From Planctomycetota bacterium (lineage in GTDB: Bacteria > Planctomycetota > B15-G4): 64,000 bases of DNA. Of the stretch, positions 39,101 through 49,217 are shown piece by piece. The DNA is taken from the NCBI GenBank assembly GCA_965248575.1, contig CBDFJQ010000002.1, positions 1,888,001 to 1,952,000 on the forward strand, read 5' to 3'. The first letter of the stretch is position 1, and each line of letters begins with the position of its first letter. Both the position numbers and the translations under genes were made by a program. The notes beneath the pieces were generated by a model. That model ran no database searches and was not told where the DNA came from. It saw nothing but the letters and a program-made list of their open reading frames with translations.

Positions 39101-41374
39101 GTCGACCACGAGCATGACGGTGACCTGGACCTCGTGCTCGCCTCCAGCAACGGACTCCAGACGTTCGTCAACCAGAACAACGGTCGCTTCGAGCCCAGCC
39201 CAGACATGCCAGACCTCAACAGGCCATCCCGCGACCTGGTGGCTGTGGACTTCGATGACAACGGTGCCGTGGACTTCGCCCTGGCGACGCAGGCCGGGAC
39301 GGAACGTGTCGACAACCTGCGCGTCGGTCGCTTCGCGCTGCACCCCAACCCGCCGGGCCCCTGGCCCGCTGCCCAGCGCATCCTGTCCGAAGACCTCGAC
39401 CTGGATGGCCACGCCGACGTGGTCTTGATTCACGCGCACGGTGTGCAGTTCGTGTTCGACGGCGTGCCCGGCGTGGTGCAGGAGCTGCCCGACGTGGAGC
39501 TGTGCTCGGGGACCTTCATCGACCCCGATGGGGACGGCTGGCTGGACCTGGCCCTGGTGGGTCGGCCTGCCGCCGACGCTCCGGGCAGCGCGCTGCAAGG
39601 CCCCCAGGTGCGGATGTTGCGAAACGCTGGCCGAGCAACCTGGACGGATTGGACCGCAGCCTGTGGCCTCGACACCGTGTGGGCCTCGTCTCAGCCCCCA
39701 GGCCAGCCCACAGGCCCGTCGGGCCCCGGCCCCGAACTCCTGGCCGCCGATCTCGATGGGGATGGAGACAGCGACCTCCTGCTGCGCAGCGACAACGGCT
39801 CGCTGCACCTGCTCCAGAACCAAGGCGGGCACGACAACCCCCTGCTGAAGTTGCAACTGCTCTCGCTCATGAGCCCTTCCGGCGCCCTCGGTGCTCGTGT
39901 CGAGGTGCGCAGCGGAGATTTCTATACGTCGCGCATGATCCAGTCCGAGCAACCGGTTGAGTTGGGAGTCGGTGGCCGGGGCACCCTCGACTCGGTCCTC
40001 GCCGTCTGGCCCTATGGGGTCGTGGACACGCGCACGGATGTGTTGATCCCGGACGACCACAGCCCCGTCCCGCTGATCGTGCTGGAGAAGGCAGACACCG
40101 GAAGCTGCCCGTTCCTCTACATCTGGGACGGCGAGCAGAAGCGTTTCATCAGCGATGTCGTCGGCAGCGGTGCAACCGATCTGCCGCTCAGCCGCGAAGA
40201 ACTCATGCCGGTCAACCCGCACGAGCTGGTGAGCATCGGACCCGCGCGCGATTTTCCGCTCGTGAACGGCGCCTGGGAGATCTCCCTCACGAGCGAGCTG
40301 CGCGAGGTCGCCTACTTCGACGAGGCTGCTCTCCTGGTGGTAGACCACCCCGAGGGAACGGAGCTCGCCAGCACGCACCGCATGCGTGGACCGCCCTTCC
40401 CCGAGGACCGTGTGCTCGCCTTGGGACGCCCGATCCCCTTGCGCAGCGCACAGGGTGACGATGGCCTGGACCGGACGGATGCCCTGCGTGAACGGGACAC
40501 CCTGCACGCCCCACCCGGCCCCCTGCTACCTCCTCCGCTGCGCGGCGTGTGCCAGCCCATGAGCCTCGAACTCGACTTCGGCCCCTTGGACACATCCAAG
40601 CCCCTGGTGCTGAACCTCAGCGGTTACATCGAGTTCGGAACAGCGAGCACGCTCATCGCCCAGAGCCAACGGGACGACGTGCTGGTGCAATGGCCCGAAC
40701 TGGAAGCGCGTGACGGTGACGGGAAGTGGCAGCGCGTGGACACCATAGTGGGCATTCCAGGCGGCAAGTCCCGCGACCTCACCATCGAGTTGGACGGCCT
40801 GCTGCCCGAAGGCGCCGACCGCCTGCGACTCAGCACCACCTTCCAGCTCCATTGGGACCGCGCAGCACTCTTCGAGCAGGTGCCCCTCGCAGCGAGCGCC
40901 GTCACGGAGCTGCGACCAGGGTCGGCACGCCTGCAGTGGCGCGGTTTCTCCGAGCTGGTCCGTCGCGGCCCCACCCAGGCGCGCTCGCCCGACTACACCC
41001 GGGTCTCACAGCAACCTCCCTGGCGCATGAACCTCACGGGCTGGGCCACGCGCTACGGCGATGTGCTGCCCCTGCTGCAGCAAGAGGACGGCAAGATCAT
41101 CGTGCTCACGGGTGGCGACGAACTGCTGCTGCAGCTCCCCGCTGCGAGCCTGGGACCCTTGGCCGCGGGGCAGCAGCGGACGCTCCTGTGGAGGTCGGTG
41201 GGCTACAACAAGGAGGCCGACCCCAACAACGCAGGCGGCGGACACATCTGGCCCCTCGGCCCCGACACCACCTACGGGCGAAGCGACGCGCAAGAAGACG
41301 CATGGCGCCTGGAATGGAACACGCGCTGGGTGCCCGCAGGACGCTTCGACCCTTTCGCCTCCGGAACGCGCTGA
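36194..41374 (+). CDS. Giant lipoprotein: CRTAC1-like FG-GAP/ASPIC-UnbV + TPR + second FG-GAP/ASPIC + GSCPFLY C-terminal domain
   Basis: GSAC lipobox; LPETMGGGCAFLDHDQDGD; GYLSQSERSLHFGLG..VRWPDG; TPR helices; more DxDxDG repeats; ELGVG..VWPYG; GSCPFLYIWDG...ELREVAYFD...TRYGDV. Confidence 0.88.
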   Translation: MRDELLLPRHLSPALQRWMSGSLLLGLLLVGSACGDEQPEAGPAASPAPATDPATASEDDPASPPLFVDISRAAGLDFVSRNGARGDKLLPETMGGGCAFLDHDQDGDADILLVGGAEWAGAPNAQQQPSSLALYENDGGQNGGAASFTDVSEAAGLARSLHGMGPAVGDADGDGDDDLYITALGPNVYFRNEGGYFVDATQASGTAGPADAWSSAAGFFDADADGDLDLLCGNYIQWSRELDLADDRQVLGIPGRAYAPPMSFAGVHPQLYINRGDGVFDEGAAEAGLHIQDSDGSPLSKTLAYHFADLDGDFDTDVFVSNDTVRNFLFINDGAGVFSEQGTELGLAYDRMGRPTGAMGVDGGLLPDGRQALFVANFADEMSSAYLAGPTGDYFEDDTLAVGLGRESRSALSFGLLFLDIDLDGWRDVLQVNGHLEPSIGEAPGDQTYAQAAQLFLGQPTQATQSTQAGGMNWLPQPATRLGDLALPVPGRGVAAADIDADGDLDLLMTQVNGPARLLLNTRRSAATQTTPYWLRVQLKGRPGFASALGAELQLTAAGHTQHRTVDSTRGYLSQSERSLHFGLGDTSGADSLHVRWPDGSESHVDLGEQPLNRTLTVVQAVSPEQVQRQLNHAKAELEAGRVGPALASLRRALDSAPESAPTWRNLARAQMIANDPEAALASLDRADGLEAGQLASRWIRAMAELRLDRPAVALPLIDEVIRRDPQLAAARFQRAKALQALGRDAEALPPLREAVALDMSHAAAQFQLAVASRRAGDMEGFRTSNRDFLRLRSLFGDAYDTPVALEACWLTKAEDAGTVVPSATGRLAPSPTLSLQFTEPSGAVFGALDDVVGVAILSMNAQGRYVLLSAHASGQLQRLDPTPEGGFTGRVVATGLGDLSKLAGLCVGNVFDDTPVTLQPGSVPPRQPDVFLYGPDVATLLQQDAEGNFQDVTERAGLGSAFATRALWVDHEHDGDLDLVLASSNGLQTFVNQNNGRFEPSPDMPDLNRPSRDLVAVDFDDNGAVDFALATQAGTERVDNLRVGRFALHPNPPGPWPAAQRILSEDLDLDGHADVVLIHAHGVQFVFDGVPGVVQELPDVELCSGTFIDPDGDGWLDLALVGRPAADAPGSALQGPQVRMLRNAGRATWTDWTAACGLDTVWASSQPPGQPTGPSGPGPELLAADLDGDGDSDLLLRSDNGSLHLLQNQGGHDNPLLKLQLLSLMSPSGALGARVEVRSGDFYTSRMIQSEQPVELGVGGRGTLDSVLAVWPYGVVDTRTDVLIPDDHSPVPLIVLEKADTGSCPFLYIWDGEQKRFISDVVGSGATDLPLSREELMPVNPHELVSIGPARDFPLVNGAWEISLTSELREVAYFDEAALLVVDHPEGTELASTHRMRGPPFPEDRVLALGRPIPLRSAQGDDGLDRTDALRERDTLHAPPGPLLPPPLRGVCQPMSLELDFGPLDTSKPLVLNLSGYIEFGTASTLIAQSQRDDVLVQWPELEARDGDGKWQRVDTIVGIPGGKSRDLTIELDGLLPEGADRLRLSTTFQLHWDRAALFEQVPLAASAVTELRPGSARLQWRGFSELVRRGPTQARSPDYTRVSQQPPWRMNLTGWATRYGDVLPLLQQEDGKIIVLTGGDELLLQLPAASLGPLAAGQQRTLLWRSVGYNKEADPNNAGGGHIWPLGPDTTYGRSDAQEDAWRLEWNTRWVPAGRFDPFASGTR

Positions 41375-41489
41375 ACCGCCCCTCGGCGGCCGTCCGCTAC
41401 ACTGTCGCCCGTGGTCCCTGCGCACGCGCGCCGTTGTCCCCGACCACGTCGAGCCTTCTTCCGTCGCCCCGCCAGATCCCCCCTCACTC

Positions 41490-44400
41490 ATGACCTTTGG
41501 TGCCCTAAGGAACCGCGAGTTCCTGCGACTTTCGACCGTCCTTGGTCTGGCCTTGCTCTGGCTCCTGCCCTCGGGCTGCGGAGAAGACGCTCCGCCCGCG
41601 CCCGAACAGGCGCCTGAACCGGTCCACGCCCCCGCCCTCGCCCCCACGCCCAAGGCCGAATCGCTGGAGGCCCTCGTGGCTCAGCCGTTCGCGGCGCGGC
41701 ATCCGAAGTCCGGCGGCAAGCGCTTCCGGTCAGTTCCGGCCTCTGAGAGCGGCCTCGACTTCCGGCACGCCTGGCGCCCGGAGCAGAGCTACCTCGGCAT
41801 CCTCGGCAATGCCATGGCCGGAGGCGGCGTGGCCGTGGGCGAGCTCGACGGCGACGGTTACCCCGAGCTGGTGTTCACCCGCCCCTATGGTGGTACACGG
41901 CTCTACAGGAATGAGTCCGGCAATGCCCGGGACGGCGCTGAGCCCGAAGCCCCCTTCCGCTTCCGCGACATCAGCGAGGACGCGGGAATCCTCCCCGATC
42001 TTTGGGGAGGCGGCGCAGCCTTCGCCGACCTCGACAATGACGGCCATCAGGACCTCTACGTCTGCGGCTACGACAACCCCAACCGCCTCTACTGGAACGA
42101 CGGCACGCTGCCCCTGCGCGAAGGTGCCGAGGCAGCCGGCCTCGCCTTCCATGGCTCGTCCATCATGATGGCCTTTGCCGACTACGACCTGGACGGCGAC
42201 CTCGACGGCTATCTGCTGACGAATCGCGTGGGCACCGACAGCGCACCCGACTTTCCGCCGCCCGATCCGAGCGGCCGGGTGAGCATGCCCACGGAGCTGC
42301 TCGAGCAATGGGACGTGCTCTACCGTCCGGATGGTCAGGTCGTCTTCATTCCCAGCGGGCAGTACGACCACCTCTACCAGAACAACGGCGACGGGACCTT
42401 CCGAGACGTCTCGGCAGAGGCGGGCATCAGCGGAAACCATTACGGCCTCTCGGCCACCTGGTGGGACCCGGACGACGACGGCTGGCCCGACCTGTACGTG
42501 GCCAACGACTTCTACGGGCCCGACCAGCTCTATCACAACGGCCGCGACGGGCGCTTCACGGACATCGCTCAACAGTCCCTGCCCCACACTCCTTGGTTCT
42601 CCATGGGTAGCGATGCGGGTGACATCGACGGCGACCTGCTCCAGGACTTCATCGCGTCCGACATGTTGGGGACGACACACGAGCGGCGACACGTGACCCT
42701 GACCGACCTGGCCGAAGGGCGCTGGTTCCTGGAGGCCGCCGAGCCACGGCAGTACATGCGCAACGCCCTGTACCTGAACACGGGCACCCCGCGCTTCAGC
42801 GAGGCCGCCATGACCGCCGGCCTGGCCCGGAGCGATTGGACCTGGTCGACCGTCTTCGGCGACCTGGACCTTGACGGCCGCCTCGACCTCTTCATCTCGA
42901 ACGGCATGTCGCGTGACTACTTCAACTTCGACATGCGCAAGGAGGCGGGTCTGAGTGGCGACATCATGGGCGACTACTGGCTGAAGCAGGAGCCGCTCAT
43001 GGAGGCAAACCTGGCTTTCCGCAACGCCGGCGACCTGGACTTCCAGAGCGTCGGCCCGGACTGGGGTCTCGACCACCATTCCGCGAGCTTCGGGGCGGTC
43101 CTGGCCGACCTCGACCGGGATGGTGACCTCGACGCCGTCATGAATGACTTCGAGGCACCCGCTGCGCTCTTCGAGAACCGCACGAGCGAGGGGCACAGCG
43201 TCTCGGTGGAGCTGCGAGGGCTCCCCGGACAGAGCAACCGCTTCGGCAGTGGCGCACGGGTGTTGCTCACCAGCAGCGGCGGCGGCAGCAGTGACGGTGA
43301 CGGTGAGCAGCGGACGCAAGTGCGACACCTCTCCCTCTCTCGCGGCTACATGTGCGGCGTGGAAGCCCGGCTTCACTTCGGCCTCGAGACCCACACGAAG
43401 GTGGAACGGATCGAAGTGCGCTGGCCCGGTGGCCAGCTCCAGCTGTTCGAGGACCTGGACGTCGACAGCCACTACATCCTGCGACAAGAATCCCTGGCCG
43501 CGAGCGCGGCGACGCCCATCACCTCGGCCATGCCTCCTCGGTCGCCACCCCTCTTCGCTGCCTTTGATGGCCCCGCTCACCAAGAGAGCAGCTTCGACGA
43601 CTTCGAGCAGCAGCCCCTGCTGCCCCGTCGGCTGTCTCGGGGCGGGCCGGCCCTTGCCTGTGGCGACATCAATGGTGACGGACATGACGATCTCTTCCGG
43701 GGCGGCGCCAGCGGCCGCGCCCCCCAGCTGCTGATCAGCACGGAGCAAGGCCTGCGCCCGGGCGCCTTGGGCGCGCTCGAGTTCGACGACTACTACGAGG
43801 ACCAGGGCGCGTTGTTCCTCGACGTCGACAGCGACGGCGACCAGGACCTCTACGTGGTCAGTGGCGGGGTGGAAGGGCGGGTGGGCAGCGCCGTCTACCG
43901 CGACCGCCTCTACCTGAACGATGGGTCAGGCTCGTTTCACCGCGCGCCCAAGACAGCGCTCCCGGACCTCGCGGATGCCGGCAGCCACCTCGCTGCAGCC
44001 GATGTGGATGGCGACGGCGACCTCGACCTCTTCGTGGGCGGGCGAAGCGTGCCCGGCGCCTGGCCTCAAGCTGGCAGCAGCCGGCTCCTGCGCAACGAGG
44101 GTGGAGTCTTTCGCGACGCCTCGCAGGAGCTCGCCCCGGGACTCGCAGAGCAGGGGCGCGTCACAGCCGCACTGTTCAGCGACGCCGACCAGGACGGCGA
44201 CCCGGACCTGTTGGTGACCCATGAGTGGGGCCCCGTCCGCTTCTGGCGCAACCGGGAGGGTCAGTTCGTCGACGAAACGCAGGCGGCGGGCCTGGCAGCG
44301 CTGACCGGCTGGTGGCAGGGAATCGCGTGCAGTGATGTCGACCACGATGGCGACTTCGACTACGTGGTGGGCAACCTCGGCCTCGGGTCCCGCACCCGAG

Positions 44401-45383
44401 CCTCTGCCGAACAACCTGCCGTCCTCTTCGCCGGTGATCTCGATGGCAGCGGCACCAACAGCCTGCTGGAGACGGCATGGGTCGAGGGTGTGCTGCGGCC
44501 CCTGCGTACCCGTGGCGATGTGCTCAGCGTCATGCCCATCCTGGGCGAGTTCTTCCCGACCAACGACAGCTGGGGCCGCGCCAGCATCGAAGAGGTGTTC
44601 GGCGGCGAGGCCCTGGCCGCGGCGATCCGACTGGAAGCCACCACCTGCGAGTCGGGACTCTTGCGCAACGATGGGACAGGTCGCTTCCGCTTCGAAGCCC
44701 TGCCCCGGCGTGCCCAGATCTCTCCGGTCCGGAGCGCCAGCTTCACGGAGATCAACGGCGACGGACACCCGGACCTGGTGTTGGTCCAGAACGACTACAG
44801 CCCCCAAGCGGAACACGGCCGTCTCGATGGAGGCATGGGTTTGGTGCTGCTGGGCGACGGTCGGGGCGGCTGGACACCCATGCGACCCGACCGCAGCGGC
44901 TTCAGCGTCCCGGGCGACGGGCGCAGCCTGAGCGTGTTCGACCTCAACCGGGACGCCTGGGCCGATCTGGTCGCCACGGTGAATGACGGCCCCATGCGCC
45001 TCTTCGTGCGCGCCCCGGCGTCCGCCGGGGCGGCCGGTGCCAACACCGGTGCCAACAGCGCTGCCGGCACAGGCTCTCCCACGAGCCGAAGCCTGGCGGT
45101 TCGCCTGGAGGGTCCCAACGGAAACCTGGCAGCCATCGGTGCACGTGTCCGCTTCGAGCAGCCCGAAATGCCCCCACAGGTCGCGGAAGTCGCCGGCGGC
45201 TCCGGCCTGCTCGGCCAAGCAGGAGGCCTGCTCTTCTTCGGAGTCGCGTGGGCTCCCTCCAACTCCACAGCCGCGCCCCTGACCTTGGGCAGCTTGCATG
45301 TCACCTGGCCAGACGGATCGACTCAGGAGCAGGCCGTCTCCAACCGGAGGTTCAGGTTCACCCTGACGTACAAGGGGTCCTGA
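41490..45383 (+). CDS. CRTAC1/ASPIC-UnbV family lipoprotein with two FG-GAP propellers
   Basis: PSGC lipobox; GGGVAVGELDGDG, FSMGSDAGDIDGD, QYMRNALYLN, DWTWS, RLHFGL..VRWPGG, second repeat set with TGWWQGI. Confidence 0.9.
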   Translation: MTFGALRNREFLRLSTVLGLALLWLLPSGCGEDAPPAPEQAPEPVHAPALAPTPKAESLEALVAQPFAARHPKSGGKRFRSVPASESGLDFRHAWRPEQSYLGILGNAMAGGGVAVGELDGDGYPELVFTRPYGGTRLYRNESGNARDGAEPEAPFRFRDISEDAGILPDLWGGGAAFADLDNDGHQDLYVCGYDNPNRLYWNDGTLPLREGAEAAGLAFHGSSIMMAFADYDLDGDLDGYLLTNRVGTDSAPDFPPPDPSGRVSMPTELLEQWDVLYRPDGQVVFIPSGQYDHLYQNNGDGTFRDVSAEAGISGNHYGLSATWWDPDDDGWPDLYVANDFYGPDQLYHNGRDGRFTDIAQQSLPHTPWFSMGSDAGDIDGDLLQDFIASDMLGTTHERRHVTLTDLAEGRWFLEAAEPRQYMRNALYLNTGTPRFSEAAMTAGLARSDWTWSTVFGDLDLDGRLDLFISNGMSRDYFNFDMRKEAGLSGDIMGDYWLKQEPLMEANLAFRNAGDLDFQSVGPDWGLDHHSASFGAVLADLDRDGDLDAVMNDFEAPAALFENRTSEGHSVSVELRGLPGQSNRFGSGARVLLTSSGGGSSDGDGEQRTQVRHLSLSRGYMCGVEARLHFGLETHTKVERIEVRWPGGQLQLFEDLDVDSHYILRQESLAASAATPITSAMPPRSPPLFAAFDGPAHQESSFDDFEQQPLLPRRLSRGGPALACGDINGDGHDDLFRGGASGRAPQLLISTEQGLRPGALGALEFDDYYEDQGALFLDVDSDGDQDLYVVSGGVEGRVGSAVYRDRLYLNDGSGSFHRAPKTALPDLADAGSHLAAADVDGDGDLDLFVGGRSVPGAWPQAGSSRLLRNEGGVFRDASQELAPGLAEQGRVTAALFSDADQDGDPDLLVTHEWGPVRFWRNREGQFVDETQAAGLAALTGWWQGIACSDVDHDGDFDYVVGNLGLGSRTRASAEQPAVLFAGDLDGSGTNSLLETAWVEGVLRPLRTRGDVLSVMPILGEFFPTNDSWGRASIEEVFGGEALAAAIRLEATTCESGLLRNDGTGRFRFEALPRRAQISPVRSASFTEINGDGHPDLVLVQNDYSPQAEHGRLDGGMGLVLLGDGRGGWTPMRPDRSGFSVPGDGRSLSVFDLNRDAWADLVATVNDGPMRLFVRAPASAGAAGANTGANSAAGTGSPTSRSLAVRLEGPNGNLAAIGARVRFEQPEMPPQVAEVAGGSGLLGQAGGLLFFGVAWAPSNSTAAPLTLGSLHVTWPDGSTQEQAVSNRRFRFTLTYKGS

Positions 45384-46863
45384 GCGCAGCGTCGCCCCGT
45401 TCCCTCCAGGCCGGGAGCTGAGACACCCACGGTCGGGCCCGCTCCAGAGCGGCCGCCGCGGCCAGCACGGTCGCATCATCAAAGCGTCGACCCACGATCT
45501 GTAAACCCACTGGCAAACCGTCGGCGCTGAGTCCCGCTGGGATGCTGATGGCCGGGTGCCCCGTGAAGTTCACTGGGTGGGTGAGGCACCACCCGATCGT
45601 ACGCTCGACGCTCTGGCCGTTGACCCGGCTGGGGCCCAGCGTGGATCCGTCCCCGGCGTTGGGAAAGGGCAAGGCACCCACCGTGGGCGTCACCAGCAGA
45701 TCGTGATTCGCGAACACGGATTGGAAGGCATCGAACACCGCGCTGCGCAGGACGTCACCGCGCTTGGCCTGCACCGCTCCCATCCCCTGTCCGGCCAGCA
45801 GCAAGGCCAGGAACTCAGGGCAGAGATCGTGGCGGTGCTCTCCCAGGAGGTCGACGCCCGCCGCAGCGAGGTTGTCTGCCGTCGCCGCGTACAGCACCGC
45901 CATCTGCTCCAGCCAGAGTTCGGTCAGACGCTCATGGGGGGCGCCCAGCTCGAGCGGGATCTCATCCACCAACAGGCCCGCCGTCTGGAGCGCTTGCACT
46001 GCCTCGCGCACCACGCGGTCCACCTCAGGCTCGACCGGGAAGCCACCCATGTCCGGGCTGAACGCGACCCTCAATCCCTCGGACCGACGCTCCGGCGCAG
46101 CCAACCAGTCCAGCCCATCGTCGGGCAGCGACAAGGGGTCGCGCTCATGCGGGCCGCACATCACGGAGACCATGAGCGCCGCATCCCCCACCGTGCGGGT
46201 GATCGGCCCCGCATGCAGGCAAGGTGTGTGCAGGAAGGCGTCCGGGCGATAGGCAGCCGCAACCCGCCCCACGCTGGGCTTGAAGCCCACCACCCCGCAG
46301 TGTGCCGCCGGAATCCGGATCGAGCCCCCCGCATCGCTGCCCTGGGCCAGGGGCACCAGGCCGTCGGCCACCGCCGCAGCCGAACCGCCCGAGCTGCCCC
46401 CTGCGTTGCGCGCAAGATCGAAGGGTGTGCTGGTGGGCCCGAACAACAGGTTGTCTGTCACGCCCTTGTGCCCGAACTCGGGAGTGTTCGTCTTGCCGAG
46501 CACGATGGCACCGGCGTCCTGCAGCCGCTGCACATAGACCGCGCTCTCGTCAGGCACGAAGTCCCGGAAGACGCGGCAGCCGAAGGTGTTCCGCACGCCG
46601 GCCAGAGAATCGAAGAGGTCCTTGATGGCCACGGGCACGCCGTGCAGCGGCCCCATGGGCCCTCCTGCCCGTAGCGCCCTGTCCGCCTGCTCAGCGCCAC
46701 GCCGCGCGTGTTCGTCGAGGCGCGTGACAATGGCGTTCAGCTCGCCATTGCGGGCGTCGATGCGCGCCAGACAAGCGTCGACCACCTCCACGGAAGACCG
46801 CTCGCCGCTACGAATCTGCCCAGCCAGCTCCGTCGCGGAGAGAAAGCAGACATCCGTGGTCAC
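45358..46863 (-). CDS. Amidase signature family protein
   Basis: GPLHGVPVAIKD, GKTNTPEFG, GGSSGGSAAAVA, GSDAGGSIRIPA; GGAGGA RBS before the GTG start. Confidence 0.95.
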   Translation of the reverse strand: MTTDVCFLSATELAGQIRSGERSSVEVVDACLARIDARNGELNAIVTRLDEHARRGAEQADRALRAGGPMGPLHGVPVAIKDLFDSLAGVRNTFGCRVFRDFVPDESAVYVQRLQDAGAIVLGKTNTPEFGHKGVTDNLLFGPTSTPFDLARNAGGSSGGSAAAVADGLVPLAQGSDAGGSIRIPAAHCGVVGFKPSVGRVAAAYRPDAFLHTPCLHAGPITRTVGDAALMVSVMCGPHERDPLSLPDDGLDWLAAPERRSEGLRVAFSPDMGGFPVEPEVDRVVREAVQALQTAGLLVDEIPLELGAPHERLTELWLEQMAVLYAATADNLAAAGVDLLGEHRHDLCPEFLALLLAGQGMGAVQAKRGDVLRSAVFDAFQSVFANHDLLVTPTVGALPFPNAGDGSTLGPSRVNGQSVERTIGWCLTHPVNFTGHPAISIPAGLSADGLPVGLQIVGRRFDDATVLAAAAALERARPWVSQLPAWRERGDAALRTPCTSG

Positions 46864-46899
46864 GTCGGTCCTCCGGTTCAGGGCAGCAAGATTCCGCGT

Positions 46900-48072
46900 T
46901 CAGTGCTGCAGCAACTTCACGGCTCGCTCCAGGCCATCCATGGTGAGCGGCACCATGCGACCGCCCACGAGCTCGCTGATCATTCCGATCGAGTGGGTCC
47001 AACCCCAGGTCTCTTCGGGGACGGGATTGATCCAGACAACCCTGTCCCAGTGAGCCGTGATGCGCCTCATCCAGACGAAGCCCGCCTCCTCGTTCCAATG
47101 CTCCACCGAGCCACCTGGCTCGCTGATTTCGTAGGGGCTCATGGAGGCGTCACCCACGAAGACCACGCGCCAGTCCGGCCCGTAGGTGCGCAGCAGTTCG
47201 CGGGTGCTCGTGGCGTCGCTCCATCGTTGCCGGTTGTTGCGCCACACCCGCTCGTAGACGCAGTTGTGGAAGTAGACGTGCTCCAGGTGATGGAACTCCG
47301 TCTTGGTGGCACTGAACAGTTGGTCAGCCAGCAGCACGTGGTCGTCCATGGAGCCGCCCACGTCGAGCATGAGCAGCACCTTCATCTGGTTGGTGCGAGC
47401 CGCCTGGTGCTGGATGTCCAACCAGCCTTTGCGCGCGGTGGCCGTGATGGTCCCATCCAGGTCGAACTCTACAGGTGAGCCATCCCGGGTCAGGTGCCGC
47501 AACTTGCGCAGCGCCACCTTCATGTTGCGCGTGCCCAGCTCGCAGTCCCCGTCCATGTCCTGAAACTCGCGTTTGTCCCAGACCTTGATGGCCCGCCGGT
47601 GCCGGCTCTCCTTCTGCCCGATGCGGATGCCCATGGGGTTGTAGCCGTAGGCCCCGAAGGGTGAGGTGCCCCCGGTGCCGATCCACTTGGAGCCGCCACC
47701 GTGCTTGCCCTCCTGTTCGGCCAGGCGCTGCTTGAGCGTGTCGAGCAGCTCTCGGAAGCCGCCCAGCTCTTTCACCAGCGCCTTCTCCTCCTCGCTCAAC
47801 AGCTTCTCGCCGATGGACTTCAGCCACTCCTCGGGGATCTCCGCGAAGGGGTCGTCGATCTGCTCCAGGCCCTCGAACTGCTCGGAGAACACCCGGTCGA
47901 AGCGGTCCAGGTGCCGCTCGTCCTTCACCAAGGTCGCGCGTGAGAGGTAGTAGAAGTTCTCCACCGAGAACTGCTCGAGGCCCGCGGCCAGGGCCTCCTG
48001 CAGGGTGAGCAGTTCCTTGAGCGACACAGGGATGCCGGCGGCACGCAGGGAGAAGAAGAAGCGGACGAACAT
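46900..48072 (-). CDS. VWA-domain protein, partner of the MoxR ATPase
   Basis: GGSKWIGTGGTSPFG, LDVGGSMD (MIDAS-like), YFHNCVYE, VGDASMSPYE. Confidence 0.9.
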   Translation of the reverse strand: MFVRFFFSLRAAGIPVSLKELLTLQEALAAGLEQFSVENFYYLSRATLVKDERHLDRFDRVFSEQFEGLEQIDDPFAEIPEEWLKSIGEKLLSEEEKALVKELGGFRELLDTLKQRLAEQEGKHGGGSKWIGTGGTSPFGAYGYNPMGIRIGQKESRHRRAIKVWDKREFQDMDGDCELGTRNMKVALRKLRHLTRDGSPVEFDLDGTITATARKGWLDIQHQAARTNQMKVLLMLDVGGSMDDHVLLADQLFSATKTEFHHLEHVYFHNCVYERVWRNNRQRWSDATSTRELLRTYGPDWRVVFVGDASMSPYEISEPGGSVEHWNEEAGFVWMRRITAHWDRVVWINPVPEETWGWTHSIGMISELVGGRMVPLTMDGLERAVKLLQH

Positions 48073-48084
48073 CGCGCAGCCCCC

Positions 48085-48966
<882 letters not shown>

Positions 48967-49217
48967 GTGGGCAGAGCTGCAGGGGAGGACGGATTGAGAG
49001 CCAAGCGCAGAGGGTGCCCATCGTCGCGGCGCCCCCCCGGCTCCGCAAGAGCCCCGCGCAAGCCCTCCTCTCTTTCTGGCCCCGTCTTTCTGTCCCCTCC
49101 ATTATCTGTCCCCCCCTCCATCGCACGGACCCGGGATGAGAGGATGGAGACCGCTTCGAGAATCCCCGCCTCCCTGAATCGTGTGACCCAGGACATGCCA
49201 CCCGTGAGTTTCCGGAC

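Noticed and set aside
37572..45057. Short in-frame micro-repeats (9-bp x3 at 37572-37598; 12-bp x2 at 45034-45057) and recurring GACxxxGACGGCGAC motifs as possible CRISPR or repeat arrays
   Set aside because: They are linker slippage duplications or the coding signature of DxDxDG repeats. There is no repeat-spacer periodicity and no cas genes.
45358..46863. Amidase as gatA or as the PKS release enzyme
   Set aside because: No gatB/gatC neighbours, and it lies about 35 kb from the PKS in a different operon.
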